A stretch of 64,000 nt of DNA, from the NCBI GenBank assembly GCA_964016885.1, contig OZ024742.1, positions 309,070,001-309,134,000 of the forward strand, given 5' to 3'. Positions within the stretch are counted from its first letter, which is position 1, and every line of letters begins with the position of its first letter. Positions 52,700-64,000 of this stretch are shown here, one piece after another. The position numbers were made by a program, and so were the translations under genes. This DNA comes from Eledone cirrhosa. Its lineage: Eukaryota. Below the pieces are notes generated by a model. The model made no database searches and had not been told where the DNA came from. It was given only the letters and a program-made list of their open reading frames with translations.

Positions 52700-52943
52700 T
52701 TAGCCCTTTAGTATTTAAACTGGCTGTATCCGGCCAGATTTCTCTCACCACTCTCTGATCAAACTGGCTGTAACCAGCTGTTCATACTGATGTTAAGGTA
52801 TTGTTCTCAAAATAATTAACATCAAAATCTCATAGATTCGATATTATGTGAGGTAAATAAACCCTTTACCGTGAAAAAATAATATATAGAGTAATGTAAA
52901 TGCTAAAATAATATATAGAGTAATGTAAATGCTAAAGAGTTAA
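52700..52943 (+). mobile_element. TTAA MITE, orientation A, with a small terminal duplication
   Basis: Same internal sequence; AATAATATATAGAGTAATGTAAATGCTAAA is duplicated. Confidence 0.8.
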
Positions 52944-53063
52944 TGTAATGCAGTCATAATGTTATATAGTACTTTCCAAGAATGTCTTGCTAGCGCAGTT
53001 TTATGTAGCGTAGAATGCTGAAATTAAATAATTGCTGAAGTTAAATAATTGTTTTAAATTGTT

Positions 53064-53283
53064 TTAACCCTTTAGCATTTAAACCGGCCATATCCAGCAA
53101 AAATTCTCTCACCTCTTTCTGTTCAAACTAGCTGCTCATACTTATGTTAAGCTATTGTTCTCAAAATAAATAATATCAAAATCTCATAGATTCAATATTA
53201 TGTGGGGTAATTATGTGTAAATAAAGTGTTTACCATGAAAATACAATAGTAAATATAGATTAATGTAAATGCTAAAGGGTTAA
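53064..53283 (+). mobile_element. piggyBac-like TTAA MITE (~220 bp), orientation A
   Basis: TTAA-CCCTTTAGCATTT ... AAATGCTAAAGGG-TTAA. Confidence 0.85.
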
Positions 53284-53330
53284 ATATCAATAAAACATTG
53301 CAAGATGGCAACTGACATATTCAAACTTAC

Positions 53331-53414
53331 CTCCATGTCCATCAAAAACACCAAAATAGCAACACTCTCTATCAGCTGGCAAAGATAGCAAATGAGTATG
53401 TGCGTCTTCCATAT
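53331..53414 (-). CDS. PP2C/PPM phosphatase (T23F11.1/ppm-2-like), first coding exon in window: (N)MEDAHTHLLSLPADRECCYFGVFDGHG(G)
   Basis: MEDAH and FGVFDGHGG metal-binding motifs; acceptor taacAG, donor G|GTAAGT; 84 bp, phase 1-1. Confidence 0.95.
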
Positions 53415-53562
53415 CTGTTAGAATTGTATTAAGGAAAATCTCTGTGGAGATAATGAAACTGCAAGAAAGAATGATTTCACAAAAACAACATCTCACCAAT
53501 AAGTAGTAAGGGCACATTATATATTTTATTTGTTTTTACTATATTTACTATATTTACTATAT

Positions 53563-53754
53563 TTACTATTGTATTTTCGTAGTGAAGGCTTTAACTCACA
53601 GAATTATCTCACATATCAAATCTATGAGATTTTGATATTTATTTTGAGAACAATACCTTAACATCAGTACGAGTGGCTGATTAGAGCTGGTTTCAACAGA
53701 AAGAGGTGAGAGATTTCTAGCTGGATATGGCAAGTTTAAATGCTAAAGGGTTAA
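53563..53754 (-). mobile_element. Same TTAA MITE in inverted orientation, one end truncated
   Basis: Diverged reverse-complement match to 53064-53283; ends AAATGCTAAAGGGTTAA. Confidence 0.85.
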
Positions 53755-54009
53755 AGAGAAAGACCAGGCTCTCCTGTGGGAAAAGCATGAACATCTAAAT
53801 TTTTCTGCTACAATAAATTTGAAGATTTATATTAATAAAACATTATCAATATCAGCATTTTAAGGCAACTCTTCTTGCTGGCATAGGTCAGATAAGTTGT
53901 GACAATCAGAAACTATACAGGTTGAGTAAACCACATATTGTTCAAATATTCCATTTTTGGCATAATTTCTATAGCCAGAAGCCCTTCCTAATGCCAAGCA
54001 CTGGTTATT

Positions 54010-54590
54010 CATCATCATCATCATTTAACGTCCATTTTCCACGCTAGCATGGGTCTGGACGGGAATTGTCCCACTTGAGGCAAGATTGGTTGTCTTGCTC
54101 AGGACTATCTGGCGGGTTTTCTACGTCTGGATCATCATCATCACCGTTTTACGTCCGTTCTTCCACGCTAGCATGGGTTAGACGGGTTGTCCTGTTGTGG
54201 GCAGTGTCTGGTCAGCTGACCATGCCTTGCTCATACAGGAACTGATTTGGCTTGATTTCTACAGCTGGATGCCCTTCCTAACACCAACCTCATTTACAGT
54301 GAGTGCTGGGTGCTTTTTCGTGGCGCCTACACGTCCACTTTACAGTATGGGCTGGGTGCTTTTTTGCCATGGCACCTCCACGACCACCTTGCGGTGGGGG
54401 GGTGGGGGCATATTGTCTATGCCCTTCCTAACACCAACCACATTTACAGTGTGGACTGGGAGGTTTTTACCATGTTACCTACACTGCCACATTACAGCGT
54501 GGACTGTGTGTTTTATTGTCGTGACACCTATACGTCTGGCGGGTTTTCTACGGGTGAGTGCCCTTCCCAACACCAACCACGTTTACAGTT
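54010..54590 (-). mobile_element. Mosaic of RTE-X 3' UTR and SINE-1 tail fragments
   Basis: Two (CAT)n tails and three gcccttcc(t/c)aacaccaacc blocks; segments are reverse-complementary to 57530-57790. Confidence 0.75.
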
Positions 54591-55461
54591 TATTAACTGT
54601 TATAATTTATCAAACTATAAACCTCATCATATAGATGAAAGCTTTTTCAATATTTACATTTATCCTACAGTGGAGACAAGATAGGGTTAAGAAGAGTATT
54701 TAATAAGGTATCACAGTAGAGCTCTGAAAAGGGGCAACAAGCACAGTTTGACCACACAAAAATCCACATTTTGCTTCATGATTTTCATGTCAAATGTATT
54801 GTAAAGCACCAAACTTACAGAGAGGATTCAGTTTTATACCATGTACTAGCATATCAAAACTGAGCTCCCTACAGATAATGGATTGCAATATACCTATGTC
54901 TTATGTCTGAAAATGCATGGAAAGTTTGCAACAGCCTTTAATCACTGTCATTTAATTGTTTATAGCCAGTTTTGATAGTTCATTAAAATTTTATTAAAAT
55001 GGTATCATGTCCCCAAATCTCACAATTTATTTAGTTCTACACCTACTACAAATGTGCCAAAACTGAAGTTCTTGTGGATCCAGTACTTTTGGATTTAGCT
55101 AGGTCTGAAAATACATGAAAAGCTGACACTTGTAATGCGAAATAGACTGTTTGTTACATACAACAAAATAATCTTTACATAAATATTTCAAAAATTGCCA
55201 AAAAAAGTTTCATTTTCAAGAACCTGAAAAAAAAAAAGGGCAATTGCTATCCCATGGCCACTATTAATTTGTGTAATTTGAAGATGATTATCACTTCACA
55301 GTTTCAAAGATATGACATCACAAATATGACTACTTCATTTAGGCCTAATTAGGCAAGATTTTGACCAATTCGTTGACCATTCAAATTGTCATATTTCCTT
55401 AACTATTCATCCAAATTTCACAAATGTGGTATAAAAATGTTTCTTGTTGGATGCTCTAGTA

Positions 55462-55790
55462 CAAAGGTTCTCAACGGGGGGCATATGCACCCCCGGGGGG
55501 GGCGTTTCAGAACTCCAGGGGGCGTTTGGGAGCAAGGTCGCGTTAGTGGGGGCGTTTTGAGCTGCTAGAGGGGGTTAGGGGGGCACTGGGTTTTTCCATT
55601 TTTTAGGATCTCAATTACCGGTTAACGTCTCAATTACTGGACGCGCCTGCACACCTGCTCACAGCTGCGGTCAGACTATAGTTATGCCAAAAATAGAGCA
55701 TACAGGAAAAAGGTGGCACGAGAGGAAATCAATTCAATTTACTAGGATCTCATATCCGATCCATCACCAAAAACACTGTAAAAAATTAGT
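55462..55790 (+). mobile_element. Probable hAT left end (GC-rich subterminal region); right end not found
   Basis: CAAAGGTTCTCAAC resembles the CAGnGGTTCTCAAC Charlie TIR, followed by GGGGGC subterminal repeats. Confidence 0.5.
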
Positions 55791-56307
55791 TTTATGCTCA
55801 AGGAAGAAATCTGTATTAACATTTGCATCATGTTTAAATATTAATTTAATACTAGATATAACTGTGCTTTCTGATTTGACCATGTAGTATTCCTTTTCAT
55901 AATATTGGTTTTGGTAAGAACAGAACTAAAAGATGTAAAAAAATCTAACTCATTAACTCTTCTGATACCAAATCACCTGAAACCACCCCTAGTTGTCTAA
56001 TACTAAGCAGTTTATTGTAGTGTTTATATTTAACTAAAAATCTTGCATAATAACTTTATGAAGAACCTTTGTTAAGCTATGCTCCAAACACCAGATAGAT
56101 AAGTTAGCTATAGTACTAAATCCCTCCAAATTCTGGATCATTTAAAAGGTTATTTAAAAATTATAGGCAGAATTTTTCATCAAAAATATGCTAATGAAAG
56201 GGTTAAATGGGCAGTCATATTAAAGAAGGTCGTTATGAAAATATCATAGATGGAAAAAAGATAAAAATGTTTAATAATTTAGGTCATTTTTCTTTTTGTG
56301 TATATAG

Positions 56308-57803
56308 AAACAGTCAGTATAAAGAAACAGTCAGCAAGGTTAGAATTAACAACGAATATAGTGAAGAGTTTAGCGTAAAAGTTGGCGTCCATCAGGGCTC
56401 TGTTCTCAGCCCCCTACTATTTATTATTGCCCTTCAGGCTATAACAGAGGAGTTCAAGACAGGCTGCCCATGGGAACTCCTATACGCAGACGACCTGACA
56501 CTCATAGCGGAATCAATGGCCGAGCTAGAGAAGAAATTCCAAACATGGAAGCACGGCCTAGAGTCAAAAGGACTTAAAATTAACCTGGCTAAGACCAAAG
56601 TTCTAGTTTGTAGGAAAGAAAACAAGGCGGCGGTCCCTTCTGGGAAATGGTCGTGCTCGGTATGTAGGAAAGGCGTAGGTAGAAACTCCATCTTATGTCC
56701 TAAATGCAAAGTATGGGTGCATAAAAGATGTAGTGGGATCACAGGTAAGCTAACTAAGAACATAGACTTTACATGTGGCCGGTGTTCTGGTGCAATAAGT
56801 AGCAGCAAGTGCCCACAAAATACTAGCTCTTTCAATTGCGCAGAGGGTTCTATAGAAATAGTGGACAGCTTCCGTTACCTGGGCGATAAAATCAGCAGTG
56901 GGGGAGGGTGCTCTGAAAGTACTGTAGCTAGAGTCAGAACTGGTTGGAAAAAGTTCAGAGAGCTTATACCACTATTAGCTGCTAAAGGGTTCTCCCTAAA
57001 AATGAAAGGCAGGTTGTACGATGCCTGCATACGAACAGCAATGTTGCATGGTAGTGAGACCTGGGCATTGTGTGCAGAGGATATACGCAGACTAGAGAGG
57101 AACGAAGCTTGCATGCTCCGCTGGATGTGTAACAGTAACATACGTGAACGGCAAAGCATAAACGAACTAAGGAAAAAATTAGAGATAAGAGGGATCAGAT
57201 GTTGTTTACTCGAGAGAAGGCTGCGTTGGTATGGACACGTGATGCGCATGAAAGTCGATAGCTGTATTACAAAGTGCAGGGCAATAAAGATAGACGGTAG
57301 CCACGGAATAGGCAGACCTAGAAAAACATGGGATGAGCTGATAAACTCCGACCTCACACACTTACACCTTTCCAAGACAATGTCACTGGACCGTGACCTT
57401 TGGCGGTACTCAGTAACAGAGAAGACCCGCCTTGCCAGTAGGCATCTCTAACAAAATACACCCCTCCCGCCGCCACCCCCACCCCATCCACACCACCCCG
57501 TTCTATGTAAAGTTATGTTGGTGCCGCGCCATCCAGGCCGAAACAAATGAGATCGTGTAGGTGTCACGACAAAAAAACACACAGTCCACGCTGTAATGTG
57601 GCCGTGTAGGCAACACGGTAAAAACCTCCCAGACCCACACTGTAAATGTGGTTGGTGTTAGGAAGGGCATCCAACTGTAGAAAACCTGCCAGACAGTCCT
57701 ATGCGAGCAAGACAATCACTCTTGCCTCAAGTGGGACTACCCCCGTCCAAACCCATGCAAGCGTGGAACACGGACGTTAAACGTTGATGATGATGATGAT
57801 GAT
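56308..57803 (+). mobile_element. 5'-truncated RTE-X-type non-LTR retrotransposon (RT C-terminal half, Cys-rich insert, 3' UTR, (TGA)n tail)
   Basis: GVHQGSVLSPLLF, LLYADDL, KINLAKTK, CxxC..CxxC..WVHKRC..CxxC, FRYLG, RLRWYGHVMR and GRPRKTW motifs; open frame to 57451; (GAT)n tail. Confidence 0.93.
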
Positions 57804-57840
57804 ATATATACACAAAAAGAAATATATATATATATATACA

Positions 57841-58158
57841 TCATCATCATCATTTCATTTTACGTCCACTTTGGTTACGTCCACCTCTGGCTTGATTTCT
57901 ACAGCTGGATGCCCTTCCTAACACCAACCTCATTTACAGTGAGTGCTGGGTGCTTTTTTGCCGTGGCACCTCCACGACCACTTTGCAGTGGAATGATAGG
58001 GACCCCAGTCCCTATCATCTCATTTCTACAGCTGAGTAAACTGGAGCAATGTGAAATAAAGTGCCTTGCTCAAGGAAACAACACATCACCTGGTCTGAGA
58101 ATTGAACTCACAACCTTTCGATTGCAAGGCCAATGCTCTGACCACTAAGCCATGTGCC
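57841..58158 (-). mobile_element. tRNA-derived SINE family 1, tail-to-tail with the LINE
   Basis: Reverse-complement match to 33851-34188. Confidence 0.88.
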
Positions 58159-61100
58159 TCCATCATATACATACAAATACATACACAGGCTGATAAGAGA
58201 TGTTAGGGGAGTGAGGAGACTCTTGTGTGTGTCTCTCAGATATACCTTGTAGGGGGATTCAAGTGTATTAATGTTTGTATGTTTATAGAGATGTGGTTGA
58301 ACAAAACAAAGAACTGGGATGGCAAAGAACAGTGTGGAATCCATGAACTACCTGACATCAACAGAAAAATTAAAAACCCATTTGTGAATGTGTGTGTGCA
58401 GATTTCTGTAGACAGCAGGAGGAGGGGTAGCACATATGGAATAAAATTTCAATGATTTGAATGAAAAATGCAAAAGTGTGAAGTATGACAAAAGTTTTAA
58501 ATTATTAACAAAAACAGTAAAGACAAATACAAACACAAATACAGACACAAATGTTCTCTCTAAAAGCTATCTTGCTGTTCATTACGCAGTCAGAGTGGAA
58601 GGCAGTAGTAAGAAACACACTGATGGATGCTAAGAGCTAAGATGGAATAAGGACACAGAAATCAATAGTGAAAATGATCTTGATGAGATGGTTGGAAATT
58701 ATGGAAGGTGCTAAACTGTATCCAAGTCAGAGGAGAAATCAAAATGAATATGTACAGTTATTGGAGACTACTTAGTAATTGGTAACTAGAGCATTTAGCA
58801 GTTTATGGAAACTGCTTGTTGTTGCTGTTGAGTAGAGTCAGCTCTCAACAAGCAGGCCTTTGGGAAACAGATCAAACACTGCAAAGCAACTATGGTACAC
58901 AGATATCAAATACCTTTTGTGTTGATTAAGTTAAATGTTACTATTCGGTCAGAGAATACTAGCAGGATGCAGGTATGGCTGAGTGATTAAGACATTTGCT
59001 TTGCAACCATTAAGTCCCTAGTTCAATATCACTGTGTGGCATCTTGAGCAAGTGTCTTAGCTAAACCCAAGCATTAGTGAAATTGGGTAGACAGAAGCTT
59101 TTTAGAAGCCTGTCAGATGGACTGAACCTGTAATTCAAAGAGACAGCCTTGTCATGCTGAATCTCCCTGATAATTACATTAAAGGTACATGTGTCTGTAG
59201 AATACTCAGTCACATACTAATTTCATGAACAGGCTGTCCAGTGATCCTACAACTGGAACAGTAATTGTCAAAATGGACAGAGGTCCATTCCACTTCCTTC
59301 CACTATACAGTCAGAGAACACTGGCAGTGATATAATGGTTGTGTGATTAAGAGGTTCACTTTGAAATCATAAGGTCCTGGGTTTAATCCCACAGTCATTT
59401 ACCATAGTCTTGAATTGAACCAACCCTCTTGCTCAGGGTCTACTCCCGAGTCGCTTGCCTTGAGAGGACGAGTGTCTTAAATGAAACTTAAGGGTCATTC
59501 CTCCTCATGGTCCTGTATAACAGGGCAGAGAAGACAATGCCCCAGATGATGACAAGAAAGACATACTGGAACTGCCACTCACACATGCTGGTAGCCAACT
59601 CTGCTCCAATAGCAGTGAGTAGAGATCTGGTCCAGGGGGCAAGAACACTGGAAGTCTCCACTGCCTCAGGCTCAACCACAAGCCTATCAGAGAGCAAAAA
59701 TAATACAAGTGTCAAGTAAGTCAAGAGTTAATTTAGGGTTATTTGACTGCTATCTTAAATAGGTTAAACTTCTTCATATCAAGTAGTGGTGGTGGAGTAA
59801 CAGTAGTGGACTTCTAAACAGTTTCCATCTACACAATTTCACTCACAAGTCTTGGGTTGACCTGTGTCTATGATAAATAATACTTGCCTAAGGTGCCACA
59901 CAATGGGATTGAATCTAGAACCTAATGAATGTGGAGTTAACCTCTTAACAATTTAGCTATGCTGTCACCTCTGCATGATAGATTGGATAATTCAAGGACA
60001 CTAAATATTGTAGTTTAGCCCTGGTCAATACTGACCAAGCAGACTTATGATAAAACACATTCAAATCTTAACCATCTCATTTATTATTAACATGATTATT
60101 AGGATACAATGTGTAACTGGTTTTCAGAATAAGCACAACATATCCTATGTGTCATATGAGGTGACTAAAAGGGTTAGTGTCACAAAGGACATCTGGTTGT
60201 AAAACATTGTCTCAAAACATTCTGTCCAACTCATCCTAGCAAGGTAAAGTGATCATAAAAATGATGAGTGCATTTAGAAACATTATCTAATGTGTCTTTT
60301 CTGATTTAAGATGGTGGAATGTGATTTGATAGACATTTGATTGCTATCTTTACCAGGTAAAGCAACCATACAAAAGTTTCCTCATTGGATTAAAGATATT
60401 CTAAGAAAGTGTTTCTGGTGAAATAATCAGATTATAGAATATTCTAGTATGTCTTTAGTGCCTGACACTTCTACTGAACCAGTGGCTATTTTCAATAAAA
60501 TAAAGTTGTGATGGACTGTCACCTGCATCATCATCATTTTATGTTCACTTTCCACAATGGCATGGGTTGGATGTGTTGTCACAGTCCCGATACAGACAGG
60601 TTGGACTGAATCATCTTGTTTTATGTTCTATATTTGGCATGGTTTCTATGGCTGGGTGCCATAGAAACCATACCAAATATAGAACATATATTCTTATGCC
60701 TTCCTTATGCCAACCCCTTTACAGCGTATAGTTGGTGCATTTTATCATGGTACTAGCACTACCACTTTACAAAGAGTACTGACAGGATTTTATCAAGGCC
60801 CCAACACTAGAGAGATTGTTCCATACTCATTCAGACTGAAAGGTCTTTTCAAAACTTATATTGTCTCTATTCATAATATTAATTAGTACTGAACAAAATG
60901 ACAAAGGACTCATGACAGTCAATCACACACCCACCTTTTTCTACCACTTAGTCAGAGAAGAGAAGCTAATACTCCTGATACTTTTCAGAGCTTCTGTGAC
61001 TGGTCAGGAAATGTTATCCTCATGTCAGAGACCTGGTTTGAAAGTTTGTAAGTGAATGGACTACTAAAGGTACCCAAAGACCAGGTTGGAGTGTTAAACT

Positions 61101-61456
61101 GGGCAATAGATTAAGTCTACCACCAAAGAAATAGCAGCTAAATCTTACTCAAATTGTCATAAAAAAGGAAGAACACATTCAATAATGTTGTCTGAATAAA
61201 AAACAAGATAATCATGACTAGAGGAGGGGGAAGAGGAGAAGGAGCTATTTACTATCAATGCCTTCAATTATAGGTCAACTGGACCAGGGCTGAACAGGGA
61301 CAAAACAACAATAAAACCTTAATACTTGAAGAGGTTCTAGTGATACCAGAAGGGTTAGAATAAGAATTAAATAGGAGAAAGCAAAGGAAATGTTTCTTTA
61401 ATTACTGACAAATGTATCAGTGTTCTTTTTCTAACTACAGGGTACAGACCACGTTT

Positions 61457-61459
<3 letters not shown>

Positions 61460-61498
<39 letters not shown>
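61460..61498. repeat. (GA)n microsatellite
   Basis: Directly visible. Confidence 0.95.
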
Positions 61499-61505
<7 letters not shown>

Positions 61506-62144
61506 GCTTATTTATGAAAGAGTAATGTACACAAGGCTTAAGATTGTATAAATTGGTAATAGATCCAGATCAGAAATGGACGAGGTTATAATGGTAACTT
61601 ATAGAAGGAGGAGGAAGAGAAGGCAGTGGTGGTGGTGATGGTGATGGTGGCAGTGGTGGTGGTGGCAGTGATGGTGATGGTAGCAGTGGTGGTGCTTACC
61701 ATGGTGAGAATACTATTGGTGCTGCTGTGGATGAGGGCAATCCAGTTAAAAACACTTGCATTGTATAAAATTAGTTTTTTAAAAATTAGTTTTCTTGAAT
61801 TCTACAAATTACTTCTATAAATGTAATTGAAGTCAATTGTAAGTGGATACAGATATGCAGTGAGTTAGTATATAACTCTTTAACAAAGTGGTTAGACTTA
61901 ACATATAATTCTTCAATAAAGTGTTTAAAATTGAATCCAGGCAAGATTTAGACTTTAGAACTAAATCATCAATCTATGCATCAATTATATTTTAACACTT
62001 TTGGTATCAACCTTTTTGATACTGTGTCTATTTCTCTAATATAAAACTGTCCCTTAAAAATTGTTCCAATTTGTTCATAATTTTATATATGAATTTTTTT
62101 TCAAATATCAGCTTAATAACAAAGAAGTTAGTTGTTCTTCTTTG

Positions 62145-62575
62145 ACCACTTATTCCTGAGAGGGCCATTGGAGCAGTCCTCAAACACTCCTTCCATCTCC
62201 AACTGATTCAGCTGGATCCCCAAGCGAAACCACCCAAGCTCATGGATATTGCTCAGTGTCTACCTCTGGGTCTCCTGCCAGTTGGTTTTGCCCTTAAAAT
62301 CTGTCCAGTGATTCTTTCCTAAGACATTCAACCACATGGCCATCATGTCAGTGCTGTGATCTCTCAATTTGGAAAAGTAGCAGCTCTATCTTAAGTGACT
62401 CTCTGATCTCCAAGCTACGTACTTTATAGAGTAACATTACTCCAAAGACCCCTCAGAGGAACCACATTTTGGCTGCTTGTATACGCAATAGAACACTTTC
62501 GGTCATTACCCAACATTCATGACCATAGGTAAGGGTTGGCACGAATACCAAATTGAAGATAGCAAATTTGGCTTT
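62145..62575 (-). mobile_element. Decayed RTE-clade LINE 3' fragment
   Basis: Minus-strand translation VFVPTLTYGHECWVMTES..RIQAAKMWFL..VRSLEIRESLKIE..IERSQ with frameshifts. Confidence 0.75.
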
Positions 62576-64000
62576 TACACCTACCTCCCTTCTTCTGATC
62601 ACTGAATGCTGAAGCTGTAAAGTTGGTTAATTTACTAAATCCATCCAAATTGTTAATTATTTTCAAAACATAGATGGTATATTTTATGAGGAATATGATT
62701 AATGAATGAATGAATGAATAGCCTACAAAATGACAAAGTTGCTTGTTATTGCTTTTGCATGTCTTCATATTTACATAAATGTTCATGTTTGTGTGTACAT
62801 ATATGTACAGATCTAAACCATACACTTCTATACTTTCACACTTATAAATTTTAGATATATTATATTCATTATCATTGTTTAACAGCAATTTTTCATGATT
62901 GCATGGTTTAGATGGGCTGTCATGTTCTGAGAATAGACAGATCAGATGACTGTCTCACTCATACGTTCCATTCTGCCATGGTATCTACAGACGGATGCCC
63001 TTCCTAACACAAGCCACTATAAGCCAGGCTGAAAAGGCAGTAATGCAAGTAGAGGCAGTTACTTCTAATAAAAGTTTTGCCTATGTGGTTTGGTCACAAA
63101 ATACGAGTGTGTATGTGAGTGTATATATACACAAACACACACACATATATGTATCTATATATGTGTGTGTATATAGATAGATAAATATATATTCACATAT
63201 CAACATTTTACATTCACTTTCTTCCATATTGGCAAGGGTTGGACAGATTATCACGGTCTAAAACTTGACTAGTCAGGAATCTGTCTTACTCATATGTCCT
63301 ATATTTTGACATGGCTTTTGTAGCTACATGTTTTTCCTAACTGCAACCACTTTACAGAGTACACTGTGTATTTTTTATTACAGTACCACCACTACCACTT
63401 TACAGAGTGTACAGGGTGCATTTTTTCATGTCACCAGCACTAGAGAGGTTGTCATATTTTCAGCCAAACTGAAGAGTCCTGGGTAATTTTTGCTGATATT
63501 CTCTCTTCAAATTCTATTCATTGTCTATACATTCTATACAAAGATCTTTGAATTCAATTAACAGTTGCCAATTTGAAACAATGGATTCACTTTGTTTATC
63601 ATTAAGTGTTGATCAGGCCGTTTCAGATATATCGACTCTAGTTGCTTTCGTGTAACGATGTCGAAGATTCATGTATGTATATATATTAGATTACTTCAAT
63701 AGTTGTAATAATTGGACCAATCATTTATTGAGAAAATTCAGAGAGAGAAAGACAGAGTAGTGAGGGAGAGGATGAGGAGAGAATGAACAAGACGAGAGAA
63801 ACAGACAGAAAGAGAGAGAGAGAGAAGTGTAATAGAAAGAGGAGGAAATTAAAAGGATCAGATTAATTTTCCACCACCATCAACACTAACAGCAACAACA
63901 TCACTGTCATCACTGCCACCAACAACAACACCATCATCATCATCATCATCATGGACCTCTTCACCATCACCACCACATCAAGTAGGTCACAAACTAATAA

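Noticed and set aside
56434-57375. Minus-strand ORFs of 133 and 166 aa
   Set aside because: Antisense shadows of the LINE RT frame.
63615-63670. Possible hammerhead remnant (..CGTTACAC-GAAA-GCAACTAGAGTCGA on minus)
   Set aside because: No CTGANGA box present.
53415-64000. Search for the PP2C N-terminal exon (MGQTLSEP...MQGWR type)
   Set aside because: No matching sequence found by eye; it probably lies beyond the window.

Overview
AT-rich, microsatellite- and SINE-dense eukaryotic DNA. The repeat families and composition suggest an octopus or other cephalopod genome; this is inference. One host gene is present: eight minus-strand coding exons (53414 to 15319) of a PP2C/PPM-family Ser/Thr phosphatase resembling C. 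elegans T23F11.1/ppm-2. All introns are GT-AG and phase-consistent, giving about 288 C-terminal residues; the first exon(s) probably lie beyond 64000. The introns contain a ~10.3 kb 45-bp minisatellite, a young 5'-truncated RTE-X-type LINE, two tRNA-derived SINE families, TTAA-flanked piggyBac-like MITEs, a Charlie/Buster-type hAT derivative with a perfect 8-bp TSD, a Helitron derivative and a mariner fragment. The most notable unannotated signals are: (1) minimal type I hammerhead ribozyme motifs in Penelope-like fold-back structures, one of which is looped out of a ~130-bp hairpin in the sense orientation downstream of the gene; (2) a LINE sitting at the apex of a perfect palindrome; (3) inverted MITEs bracketing the catalytic DGH exon; and (4) an intronic minisatellite whose sense-strand consensus has no AG dinucleotide.
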